Assembly (NCBI GenBank): GCA_028821785.1
Contig: JAPKFC010000002.1
Coordinates: 2,929 to 66,928, forward strand
Reading direction: 5' to 3'
DNA: 64,000 bases
Origin: Candidatus Poseidoniaceae archaeon
GTDB taxonomy: Archaea; Thermoplasmatota; Poseidoniia; Poseidoniales; Poseidoniaceae
Shown: piece by piece, positions 30,895 through 40,249 of the stretch
How the letters are laid out: each line of letters begins with the position of its first letter
Numbering within the stretch: the stretch's first letter is position 1
Translations under genes and position numbers: made by a program
The notes under the pieces: model-generated
What the model was told of the DNA's origin: nothing
The model's database searches: none
What the model saw: the letters and a program-made list of their open reading frames with translations, nothing else

Positions 30895-31869
30895 ATGCCA
30901 ATGCATCCAAGAGCGCAACCAAATTTTAGAAACCTATTCTGGTACCCATTTAAGATTACACTGATCACCGCATTGCGGACCTTCCCATTCATTGGCAAGA
31001 GGTGGGGTCACAAAATGGGAGCGTATCACAATACCGAACATCCAGAGTTTTTGGATGAAGCTACAAAGAATAGAATGGCCAGTAATGCCCACATCAATGA
31101 TATTTCAAAGCAAAGATTTGCACCGGATAGAGTGACAACAGATTTGACACCAACTCTGTGGAAGCCTCAAACAGTTCAGTACCCATACGAAAGACTTGAA
31201 GAAATAGAGCCTTGGCTTTTCAAGCCAGGTAATTACAATGGCCGTATCGGTATTATTTGGGAAACTTGTACTGCCTGTAAGTTATGTGTTACCGCATGTC
31301 CAAACGATTGTCTTCACATGAGTACAGAATTACGCGTTGACGTATTGGATAGTGCTGATGGAGAAGATGCAGGACTTGGTGCCGATCTTGAAGTCGGAGG
31401 TTATGCTGCTTTGGCAATTGCACAAATTGATGATGAATTGGAATCATTCAACCTTGCAACTGCTCACAGTGAAGCACCTGAGCAGTGGAGATATGCAGAA
31501 GTCCTCGACCTGTCTGGAGATACTGCAACAGTTCGCTGGAATGATTCTGGTGAAGAATCCGATGTTAATACCTCAGAATTACGAACTGCAGATGAGCAAA
31601 TCGTATCCGGTAGAATTGATTTGGGAAGATGTATGTTCTGTGGATTATGTGCTGAAGCATGTGGATTCACTTCATTCTTTATGACCAACGAATATGATGG
31701 TATGTCTGGCTTTTCACGTCAAGACCTTTGGATGGATGCTAGTAGAACTCGCCTTCTGCCAACTGTCCACCAAGAAGCGGTTGATGGTGAATTAGCAAAG
31801 AGGGCAAGCAAGGAACGCACTAAGCGTGAAAAGGCTGCTGCAAGGGCTGCAACTCAGGAGAGTGCTTGA
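30895..31869 (+). CDS. nuoI: NADH-quinone oxidoreductase-like subunit I (2x[4Fe-4S]) with large insertion
   Basis: TVQYP, CTACKLCVTACP and CMFCGLCAEAC; position in the nuo operon. Confidence 0.9.
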   Translation: MPMHPRAQPNFRNLFWYPFKITLITALRTFPFIGKRWGHKMGAYHNTEHPEFLDEATKNRMASNAHINDISKQRFAPDRVTTDLTPTLWKPQTVQYPYERLEEIEPWLFKPGNYNGRIGIIWETCTACKLCVTACPNDCLHMSTELRVDVLDSADGEDAGLGADLEVGGYAALAIAQIDDELESFNLATAHSEAPEQWRYAEVLDLSGDTATVRWNDSGEESDVNTSELRTADEQIVSGRIDLGRCMFCGLCAEACGFTSFFMTNEYDGMSGFSRQDLWMDASRTRLLPTVHQEAVDGELAKRASKERTKREKAAARAATQESA

Positions 31870-32145
31870 ATGGATATCCAAATGATTGCAGAGTCGGCAG
31901 TATTCTTTCTGTTTGCAACTATCGTTATACTCGGTGCAGTTGGAATGATATTTGCACAACGTGTTGCACATTCCATGCTTTCACTTATTTTCTGTTTCAT
32001 GGCAGTTTCAGGAATCTTCATCCTAATGGGTGCAGAGTTTTTGGCAGCGATTCAAATTTTAGTTTATCTGGCAAGTGTCGGATTGGTGGTATTATTTGCT
32101 ATCATGTTGACAAGAAGGCAAATTTTAGAGGAGGATTTTGAATGA
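31870..32145 (+). CDS. nuoJ: NADH-quinone oxidoreductase-like subunit J, N-terminal part
   Basis: GAEFLAAIQILVY and LFAIML motifs. Confidence 0.88.
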   Translation: MDIQMIAESAVFFLFATIVILGAVGMIFAQRVAHSMLSLIFCFMAVSGIFILMGAEFLAAIQILVYLASVGLVVLFAIMLTRRQILEEDFE

Positions 32146-32435
32146 AGTTGATGTCGTCCCTTACTAGAATTGGTCTCGTAGGCCTTGGTTTTATTCTAAT
32201 CAAAGTTGTATCAGATGCATCGACTTGGCAATCATCAAAGAATCCGGACATGTATCCAACCAATGCTGGATTAGCATCAAGTCTATTCAACGACTGGGCT
32301 CTTCCTTTGATGATACTTGGAGTTCTAATGGCTATCGCAATGATAGGCGCTGCGTATCTTGTTAGAGACGAGAGGAGAGAGAATCTTCTCTGGGAATTTA
32401 AATCAGATTCAGATGATGGAGGTGAAGAAGAATGA
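32142..32435 (+). CDS. nuoJ: NADH-quinone oxidoreductase-like subunit J, C-terminal part
   Basis: LFNDWALPLMILGVLMAIAMIGAAYL corresponds to the last NuoJ helix; ATGA overlap with upstream gene. Confidence 0.8.
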   Translation: MKLMSSLTRIGLVGLGFILIKVVSDASTWQSSKNPDMYPTNAGLASSLFNDWALPLMILGVLMAIAMIGAAYLVRDERRENLLWEFKSDSDDGGEEE

Positions 32436-32734
32436 TTGATCCAGCATGGGTTTCCGGACTTTCTGCCATTTTGTTCATCATTGGACTGATAGGTGTTTTC
32501 ACAAGAAAGAATGCCATCATCGTATTGATGTGTATTGAATTAATGCTCAATGCAGCAAATATGCAATTCGCAGCAGCTGCAGTTCACCATGGTGATGCAA
32601 CCGGTTGGGTTTATGCCCTCTTCGCAATTGCAATCGCCGCTAGTGAAGTTGCTATCGGTTTAGCCATATTCTTGGCTGTTTACGGAAAGCACGAAACGAT
32701 AACTCTGGACGACATCAATGTCCTGAGTAACTGA
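32432..32734 (+). CDS. nuoK: NADH-quinone oxidoreductase-like subunit K
   Basis: RKNAIIVLMCIELMLNAAN, AASEVAIGLA. Confidence 0.95.
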   Translation: MIDPAWVSGLSAILFIIGLIGVFTRKNAIIVLMCIELMLNAANMQFAAAAVHHGDATGWVYALFAIAIAASEVAIGLAIFLAVYGKHETITLDDINVLSN

Positions 32735-32743
32735 GGTGGTGTC

Positions 32744-34978
32744 ATGTCTGGTTCAAGTAGTTCAGAAGTAGTTCACAGTTCAATGGCTGAGTATGCACCT
32801 CTCATCATTTTATTACCGATGCTGGCAATGCCAGTAATCTTATTCTTAGGTAAGGTATTCAATACAAATCCTACCTGGAAGAATACACTAAAAGAAGGCG
32901 GAATAATTGCCTTAGTAGCAATGGGTGCATCGTTATTCATTTCATTGGCTATCATCAAGGATTACCTCGGTAGTTTCTCCAATAACGGAGATATCTTCTC
33001 TTTAACATGGCTGAATACTGCAATATGGGAAGGAGGAGCATCGACAACACCAATCTCTTTCGGTTTTGGAATTTACATCGATCACATCACTGTAATGTTA
33101 CTATTTGTAGCAGCATTCCTTTGTTTCTTAATCAATATCTTTGCGATTGGATACATGAATACAGATCCAATAAACGATAATAGAAACCATCGCTTCTATG
33201 CAGAGTTCGTATTGTTTTGTGCTGGAATGCTCGGAATGGTACTTTCAGATTCATTCCTATGGTTATTCATCTTCTGGGAGATAATGGGGCTTTGTTCATA
33301 TTTGTTAATCGGTTTCTATTACGAACGTCCAAGTGCAGCATCGGCAGCAAAGAAAGCATTCATGACCACACGTATTGGTGATGTATTCCTAATGATTGGA
33401 CTCATCATGCTTTGGGACTTATTTGGTTCATTAGATTATAGCATTGTCTTTGACCCAGCAAATATCGCAGCAGTTAGCCCTGGTTCTTTGCAAATGGCAC
33501 TCGGAATGATGTTTATCGGTGCTGTCGGTAAATCTGCACAATTCCCATTACACGTTTGGCTACCGGATGCTATGGAAGGTCCAACACCTGTTTCTGCTCT
33601 AATTCACGCAGCGACAATGGTCAATGCAGGACTGTACCTAGTTGCTCGCATGTTCCCATTCTTCGGTGCAGAATCTATGTCTGGTGAATTGATTGACTTG
33701 GCATTCATCATCGCGTCTATTGGCGGTATTACAGCGGTCATGGCCGCTGGAATTGCCTTTGTTCAAGATGATTTGAAGAAGGTATTAGCATATTCTACAA
33801 TGAGTCAACTAGGCTATGTTTTCACTGGATTAGGTGTGGCTTTATGGCTTGCAAATTCATTGGATTGGCATCACGACCCCGCAGCTCATACAATTGTAGT
33901 CGTTGCATTCGGAGCAGCCTTATTCCACTTATTCAACCATGCAATGGCAAAAGGAATGCTGTTCATGGCAAGCGGTTCAGTAATTCATGAAGTACACCAC
34001 GCGCACCACCACCTTCACCACGACGATCATGGAGATGATGACGAATTTGATGCACAATCAATGAAGAATATGGGTGGTTTAGCGAGCAAGATGCCTATTA
34101 CTGCAACAGCAATGTTAGTCGGTTCAGCATCGATTATGGGATTACCTTTGATTGGAGGGTTCTGGTCTAAGGAAGGAATCATCGCTAATGCTTGGAGAGT
34201 TGCACTCGAAGACCCGAGATTCTTATTCCCTGCAGCCTGTGTATTACTCGGTGCGGGAATGACTGGATTTTACATGACAAGAATGTGGGTCAAAACCTTT
34301 GCAGGAAAGCCAAGTAATGAAGTTGCAGCACACGTAGGTCCGACAAATAGTTGGATCAAGACTCCTCTTTTCATCCTAACATTCGTAACATTGTCATCAG
34401 TACTATTGGCTGGAATGGGCTTCACTCATTGGGCTCCAGACTCAGAATACAGTTTCCTATCAGACAAAGGTTTGGTAGATGGAATCATGTATGAACTGGG
34501 CCATGCTTTCGCAAACCATGATGCATTCTTCTTCATATTGACATATGTTGCAATCGCTCTTGGTGCAATCCTTGGACCATTTATGGCAATGTCATTATTT
34601 GGCGGCAAACTTGAGGAAGGCGAGGATTGCAAGCCTTGGTTCAAACCAGTAATATCACTCAACAACTGGGTCTACAACAAATATCACTGGGACAATACTG
34701 GAATAGCAACATCTGGTCTAGCAGTCGCTTTGCAAAACAGATTGTATATTGACAAGTACTATGATTTGGCAATGGTCAAAATAGTCGCTGGATTCTCAAA
34801 CAAGGTTGCTGAAGCCGATACAAAAATCATTGATGGTACCGTTAAGCAAATTGAAGATAAGTCACAAAAGATTTCAACTATAGTTCGCTCTCTAACAACT
34901 GGTTCCGCTCGAGATTACATTCTTTGGGTGGCGATAGGAACCTTACTGATTTTCTTCTTCATATGGGGGGTGGCTTGA
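32744..34978 (+). CDS. nuoL: NADH-quinone oxidoreductase-like subunit L
   Basis: GKSAQFPLHVWLPDAMEGPTPVSALIHAATMV, AYSTMSQLGY, GFWSKE. Confidence 0.96.
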   Translation: MSGSSSSEVVHSSMAEYAPLIILLPMLAMPVILFLGKVFNTNPTWKNTLKEGGIIALVAMGASLFISLAIIKDYLGSFSNNGDIFSLTWLNTAIWEGGASTTPISFGFGIYIDHITVMLLFVAAFLCFLINIFAIGYMNTDPINDNRNHRFYAEFVLFCAGMLGMVLSDSFLWLFIFWEIMGLCSYLLIGFYYERPSAASAAKKAFMTTRIGDVFLMIGLIMLWDLFGSLDYSIVFDPANIAAVSPGSLQMALGMMFIGAVGKSAQFPLHVWLPDAMEGPTPVSALIHAATMVNAGLYLVARMFPFFGAESMSGELIDLAFIIASIGGITAVMAAGIAFVQDDLKKVLAYSTMSQLGYVFTGLGVALWLANSLDWHHDPAAHTIVVVAFGAALFHLFNHAMAKGMLFMASGSVIHEVHHAHHHLHHDDHGDDDEFDAQSMKNMGGLASKMPITATAMLVGSASIMGLPLIGGFWSKEGIIANAWRVALEDPRFLFPAACVLLGAGMTGFYMTRMWVKTFAGKPSNEVAAHVGPTNSWIKTPLFILTFVTLSSVLLAGMGFTHWAPDSEYSFLSDKGLVDGIMYELGHAFANHDAFFFILTYVAIALGAILGPFMAMSLFGGKLEEGEDCKPWFKPVISLNNWVYNKYHWDNTGIATSGLAVALQNRLYIDKYYDLAMVKIVAGFSNKVAEADTKIIDGTVKQIEDKSQKISTIVRSLTTGSARDYILWVAIGTLLIFFFIWGVA

Positions 34979-36622
34979 TTGCAAGACCTAATTTCAATGC
35001 CTTTAGTCGGATTCCCGATTATAGCGAGTCTAATCATTATGGGAACTATCTCAAATGTGAGTGAAGAAGTCCGTGAGAAGTTGGTCAATCCAATTAGATG
35101 GGCTATCTTGTTATTCTCTTTGGGCTTGCTTGGTTTGACTACAGCAATGTTCTACAACTACTTCGGAGATCTAAATGGGTTTGAAGGAATTGCATTCAAT
35201 AGTTACGAGTTTACTGCTAGATATGCTTGGGTTGATTCATTGGGAATTTATTGGAGTGTTGGACTCGATGCCCTTTCATTCCCTATGGTTTGGTTAACAA
35301 CATTACTCCTTCCGATTACAATCATTGCAACTTGGGACGAAAAGAATGGAGCATACTATCACCCTCTAATCTTGTTAATGGGTGGAGCGTTAATCGGTGT
35401 CTTCGTTGCTCTAGACTTATTTATGTTCTATGTATTCTGGGAATTAACTCTAATTCCAATGTTCTTCTTGATTCTCAAGTGGGGTGGTGAAGACAGAAAG
35501 TATGCTGCTCAGAAATTCTTCATCTATACCTTTACAGCCTCTGTTGTAATGTTACTCGGTCTTGTAACTCTATACTTCTTACAGAACCCATTGGAACCAT
35601 TGGCTTACTCGGGTACATTGACAGGACGTACATTCGACATTCCTGAACTTGTCAACTATTCATATCATGCTAACATGAACGGAAACTGGTTTTTGGGTGC
35701 TTCAATGCAGAAGATTATCTTCGCAATGTTGATGCTCGGATTCTTGGTTAAATTACCAGCAGTTCCTTTCCATACTTGGCTTCCAGATGCGCACGTACAA
35801 GCCCCTACAGGCGGTTCAATGCTGCTTGCTGGTGTAATGCTAAAGATGGGTGCATATGGTATGTTTAGATTACCGATTGCATTATTCCCTCATGCTTTGG
35901 AATATTTCCAACTAGTGTTGATGACAATCGGTATGGTTTCACTGATTTGGGGTTCAATCGTTTGTTTAGGTCAGACCAACCTCAAGAAGATGGTTGCATA
36001 TTCATCAGTATCTCACATGGGAGTAATTTGTATCGGTATTGCTACAATGCAACCGATTGGTTGGGCTGCAGCTCTATTCATGATGTTTGCACACGGTATT
36101 ATCTCGCCTCACTTATTCGCTGTATGTGGCGCATTCAAGCACCATTACCACAGCATGGAAATTGGTTCAATGCGCGGTATGGCCAAACATTCACCTTGGC
36201 TAGCGACCTCTATGATGTTCGCATGGATGGCTTCTCTTGGACTTCCTTTACTAGCAGGCTTCGTCGCAGAATTGATGGTCTTAATCGCCCTATGGCACTT
36301 CTTAGTCGCCGAAGGCTGGAGTGTATTGTGGATGGTTGGTCCAGCACTTGTTTTGGCTGTTACAGCAGCATATTACCTATGGAGTATGCAACGTACAATC
36401 TTCGAGGGTGGAGATGAAACACAACCACCTGCTTCAATGGACGGTCAACCAATACCTGATATCGCTAACCATGAGAAGTTAGCAATGTTCGTATTAGCAA
36501 TGTTCACAATCTTGTTCGGTGTAATGCCATGGATTGCTTTGGATATGATGAACGATTGGTCCATCCAAATATTTGAAGGTCTGATAATGCCGATTCTAGG
36601 CAACTTTAACGGAGGCGTCTGA
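34979..36622 (+). CDS. nuoM: NADH-quinone oxidoreductase-like subunit M
   Basis: FYVFWELTLIPM, PFHTWLPDAHVQAPTGGS, AYSSVSHMG; TTG start. Confidence 0.96.
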   Translation: MQDLISMPLVGFPIIASLIIMGTISNVSEEVREKLVNPIRWAILLFSLGLLGLTTAMFYNYFGDLNGFEGIAFNSYEFTARYAWVDSLGIYWSVGLDALSFPMVWLTTLLLPITIIATWDEKNGAYYHPLILLMGGALIGVFVALDLFMFYVFWELTLIPMFFLILKWGGEDRKYAAQKFFIYTFTASVVMLLGLVTLYFLQNPLEPLAYSGTLTGRTFDIPELVNYSYHANMNGNWFLGASMQKIIFAMLMLGFLVKLPAVPFHTWLPDAHVQAPTGGSMLLAGVMLKMGAYGMFRLPIALFPHALEYFQLVLMTIGMVSLIWGSIVCLGQTNLKKMVAYSSVSHMGVICIGIATMQPIGWAAALFMMFAHGIISPHLFAVCGAFKHHYHSMEIGSMRGMAKHSPWLATSMMFAWMASLGLPLLAGFVAELMVLIALWHFLVAEGWSVLWMVGPALVLAVTAAYYLWSMQRTIFEGGDETQPPASMDGQPIPDIANHEKLAMFVLAMFTILFGVMPWIALDMMNDWSIQIFEGLIMPILGNFNGGV

Positions 36623-36623
36623 A

Positions 36624-38441
36624 ATGTCTGAAGTAACATATATTCAACCATTTGATGATAAATTCACTACTGCTCTTTTACCGGAGTTGATATTGGTTGC
36701 TGGTTTATTTGCATTGATCATAATTCCAAATTTAGGTAAGGCCACCTTTAGGGTTCCAGGAACTCAAATTAGGTTACCATATTTCCTCGGTGGAGAGCGT
36801 TATTCACTAATATCCAATCCACGCCTACCAGGTTGGATTGCAGTTACTACACTAGTTCTGGCATTTGTAGAAGTGATGATGACCTTTGAGAGTGGATTGC
36901 AACGCTACATGATCGTTTCAGAACTACTCCCAACGACAATTAACGGGGTAACTGCAGGGGACGTATTAGTCAATGGCGGTAGTCATATACTTCCGAGTGG
37001 TTCAAAGGAATTATTACTCATAAATGGTTTCTCACGCCTATTTGAGATGATATTCTTCGGAGCAATTTCTCTCGCTGCTATCGCTAGTATGAACCGTTTG
37101 CAATCATTTGACAGTTCTGATAGAAGCACAAACGCTCTTTACAATAACCGTCGCCAAGCAGATTTCTACATCTTACTATTGACCGCTGCAATGGGAATGG
37201 CAATAGTCGCTTTAGCACAGGACTTATTCGTTCTATTCCTCGGTTTGGAGTTAGCAAGTTTCTCATCATATGTTTTAGTTGCATTCCACAAAGAATCAAA
37301 GGAAGGTACAGAAGGTGGAATGAAATATTTCATCGTAGGTTCAGTTGCATCTGGTATAGGGCTATATGGCCTTTCAATGCTATATCTGTGGGCCGGTACC
37401 CTGCAATTGGGAGAATTATCAGTTGCATTTGATGCCGCAATGGCTCCACAAGGTTCTCCAGCATTACCGCTGATTGCACTTGGGTTTATTCTGGTAGGGT
37501 TCGGTTTCAAAGTTAGCGCCGCACCTTTCCACTTTGCTGCACCGGATGCTTATGCAGGAGCAAGTTCACCAGTCGCTGGGATATTGGCAACTGCAAGTAA
37601 AGCGATGGGTATTGTCGGTTTGACTCGAATGTTGTTAATCGTTGCAAGCCCAGAGTCCAATGATGGTTCAGCAATATGGCTAGTCGCATTAGGTATTCTT
37701 TCAGTTGTTACAATGACTTGGGGCAATATCGCCGCACTAGGTTCTGACAATCCAAAGAGAATGTTAGCATATTCATCAGTTGCTCATGCAGGATACATGC
37801 TTGCTGGATTAACTGCGATTGGGGCATGGAATTGGGATCCTAAACTTGCAGGACATGGTGGAGATGCTGCAATTATGGTGATGACAGCGATACTATTCCA
37901 TTTGGTGGTATTAGTATGTTTCAAGTTAGGGGCTTTCCTTGTTCTTTCAATCCTAGAAAGCGAAGGAGAAGTTTCTAAAATGTCTAGTTTAAGAGGTCTT
38001 TCAAAGAGAGAACCGCTACTAGCAGTATCCATGTTTATCTTTATGATAAGCCTTGCAGGTGTCCCTCCAATGTCTGGATTTATGTCCAAATTATTGATGA
38101 TAATGGGAATCGTAAAGGTCGCAATTGGAAATATGGGAGATGCATTATCTAACGGAGATATTCTCAGTATTGGTGATGCACACTGGGTTTGGTGGTTAGC
38201 ATTGATCATGGTTCTTAATTCAGCGATTTCAATGTTTTATTATCTACGTGTCATCGTTACAATGTATTTCCACGAACCGGAAGGGGATCGACAAGGGCCA
38301 CTCCCGAGCGGTTGGCAAGTAAGAACAGCAATATTTGCTTGCGTAATCGCTTCAGTCTTCTTCGGAATAAATGCAGATGGATTAATCGAATTGTGTGAAA
38401 TGGCGGCAAATAGCTTAAACTATAGTTGGGCAAGTCAATAA
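36624..38441 (+). CDS. nuoN: NADH-quinone oxidoreductase-like subunit N
   Basis: FKVSAAPFH, KRMLAYSSVAHAGY, SLAGVPP, YYLRV. Confidence 0.95.
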   Translation: MSEVTYIQPFDDKFTTALLPELILVAGLFALIIIPNLGKATFRVPGTQIRLPYFLGGERYSLISNPRLPGWIAVTTLVLAFVEVMMTFESGLQRYMIVSELLPTTINGVTAGDVLVNGGSHILPSGSKELLLINGFSRLFEMIFFGAISLAAIASMNRLQSFDSSDRSTNALYNNRRQADFYILLLTAAMGMAIVALAQDLFVLFLGLELASFSSYVLVAFHKESKEGTEGGMKYFIVGSVASGIGLYGLSMLYLWAGTLQLGELSVAFDAAMAPQGSPALPLIALGFILVGFGFKVSAAPFHFAAPDAYAGASSPVAGILATASKAMGIVGLTRMLLIVASPESNDGSAIWLVALGILSVVTMTWGNIAALGSDNPKRMLAYSSVAHAGYMLAGLTAIGAWNWDPKLAGHGGDAAIMVMTAILFHLVVLVCFKLGAFLVLSILESEGEVSKMSSLRGLSKREPLLAVSMFIFMISLAGVPPMSGFMSKLLMIMGIVKVAIGNMGDALSNGDILSIGDAHWVWWLALIMVLNSAISMFYYLRVIVTMYFHEPEGDRQGPLPSGWQVRTAIFACVIASVFFGINADGLIELCEMAANSLNYSWASQ

Positions 38442-38516
38442 TTACCCAATAATCACTGTATTGGTATGTGAACCCTTCAAGAAGGGTTGGCCGGTGGAGC
38501 AGTTAGGTGCAAGCAT

Positions 38517-39188
38517 ATGGGACGTCGTCGTGAAGAGAAAGTAGACGTGGAAGAACTAGCCCGTCTTGAATCTCCTGAGGGAGGAACAGGCGGCAAAATA
38601 CGTGTTAAGATGCCAAACAAAAAGGTCAACGAAATGTTTGCCTTAGCAGATCAAATTCTCGGAGGCCGTCGTGTTTCAGTATTGTGCGCAGATGGTGAGA
38701 CTAGAATGGCTCGGATACCAGGTAAAATGCGTCGCCGGCAATGGGTTCGTGAAGGAGACTTGATTATCGTATGGCCTTGGGATTTCCAAGATGCTAAAGC
38801 AGATGTCAAGCATAGATATAGCAAGACTCAATCCATGTATCTCTCACGAAAAGGAGTACTTCCTGAATCAGTAGATGTGTTCGGAATGAATACTCGCCAA
38901 GATGATGATGATGAATTCGATGACCTATTTGGTAATGCATCAGAAATGGAAGAACTCTCACTGAAAAGTGAGGCTGCGGTAGAAGAAACCGCTGCCGATG
39001 AAGCAGAAGATATGTTCGAAGATGATGATGACGATTCAGATGACTTGTTTGCAAGTGATGAAGAAGAATCCACTGTCGAAGAAGCAGAAGTCACAGAAGT
39101 CGCGGAAGAATCACCTCAAGAGATTGAAGAAGAACCAGTTGACGATGATGATGACGATGACGATGATATCGACGCATTATTCGCTTGA
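38517..39188 (+). CDS. eif1a: translation initiation factor aIF-1A with long acidic C-terminal extension
   Basis: CADGETRMARIPGKMRRRQWVREGDLIIVWPWDFQ OB-fold signature. Confidence 0.93.
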   Translation: MGRRREEKVDVEELARLESPEGGTGGKIRVKMPNKKVNEMFALADQILGGRRVSVLCADGETRMARIPGKMRRRQWVREGDLIIVWPWDFQDAKADVKHRYSKTQSMYLSRKGVLPESVDVFGMNTRQDDDDEFDDLFGNASEMEELSLKSEAAVEETAADEAEDMFEDDDDDSDDLFASDEEESTVEEAEVTEVAEESPQEIEEEPVDDDDDDDDDIDALFA

Positions 39189-39243
39189 ATAGGCGGCGCT
39201 TTGATGATGTATTGCTATGCTAGGCAATCATAGGTGAGGCACA

Positions 39244-40248
39244 ATGAGTTCGGATGACTGGGAAGATTTGACGTCAAACACTCGTCAGCATCGCCATAAC
39301 CGGAAAAAGAATCGGGACAGTAAGGTCACTGATAGGCAAAAAGAGGAAGAACAGTTTGATGAACGCCAATCAAAGAAATTTCTCAATGATTTGGAGACCA
39401 AATCTGGCCGATATGGCTGGATGAAAGAAACCCGTCACAAGAGAATGTTTCGTGATATTGAATCCAAACTTCAAGGCGTTATTGGCAAGGGCAGTTATGA
39501 TTGGGTAGACCGTCGTGTTTTCGATCAAGTTTTTGACCGATTAACATTGATGTCATTGTATAAATTGATGAAGACTGGAGTAATTGATACCCTTGATTTC
39601 CCAATCGCTAGAGGGAAAGAAGCACACGTTTTTCATGCAACTGATGTGGATGGAAAAGTGGTTGCAGTCAAAATATTTCATACCTCAAACGCCGTCTTCA
39701 AGAATTTAATACAGTATATCGAAGGCGATAGAAGATTTGGAGGATTACGCCGTCGACATAGAGATTTAGTAGATATCTGGGTAAGAAAGGAACACAGTAA
39801 TTTGACAAGACTTTCTCGTTGGGGATTGAAAGTTCCAAAACCATTGGGGATCCATAAAAACGTCCTAGTGATGGAGTATTTGGGCGACGAAACATCACCT
39901 AGTCTGAAATTAAGAGAAGTAAAAGTAGATTTTCCAGAGCCTGTTTATGATGAATTACTGGAGTTTTTAGCGGTGACATGGCAAAAAGCAAAACTTGCCC
40001 ACGGTGATTTTTCACCATACAATATCTTGTGGCATGATGGAGGGCCTGTTGTAATAGATGTGGGCCAAGCGGTAATAGAAACTCATCCTAAAGCCCAAGA
40101 ATTCCTCGTAAGAGATGTCACTAGACTGGTTGAATGGGGTCTGAAGCAGGGACTTGAGGTTGATTTAGCCGGTGCTATGTATGAAGTGTTGAATATGAAT
40201 CTCGACCATATTAAAAAATCAGAAATAGAATTTGAGGAAGAAGAATAA
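39244..40248 (+). CDS. rio1: RIO1-family serine/threonine protein kinase
   Basis: GKEAHVF, VAVKIF, VLVMEYLG, HGDFSPYNIL, VIDVGQAV; adjacent to aIF-1A. Confidence 0.93.
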   Translation: MSSDDWEDLTSNTRQHRHNRKKNRDSKVTDRQKEEEQFDERQSKKFLNDLETKSGRYGWMKETRHKRMFRDIESKLQGVIGKGSYDWVDRRVFDQVFDRLTLMSLYKLMKTGVIDTLDFPIARGKEAHVFHATDVDGKVVAVKIFHTSNAVFKNLIQYIEGDRRFGGLRRRHRDLVDIWVRKEHSNLTRLSRWGLKVPKPLGIHKNVLVMEYLGDETSPSLKLREVKVDFPEPVYDELLEFLAVTWQKAKLAHGDFSPYNILWHDGGPVVIDVGQAVIETHPKAQEFLVRDVTRLVEWGLKQGLEVDLAGAMYEVLNMNLDHIKKSEIEFEEEE

Positions 40249-40249
40249 A

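Noticed and set aside
31870-32435. nuoJ frameshift or pseudogene
   Set aside because: Both halves have proper starts, an SD-like GAGGAGG and an ATGA overlap; split nuoJ is common in archaea
35947-36417. 156-aa alternative-frame ORF within nuoM (and similar nested ORFs such as 5086-5655)
   Set aside because: Nested in or overlapping well-supported genes, with no motifs or SD; expected by chance
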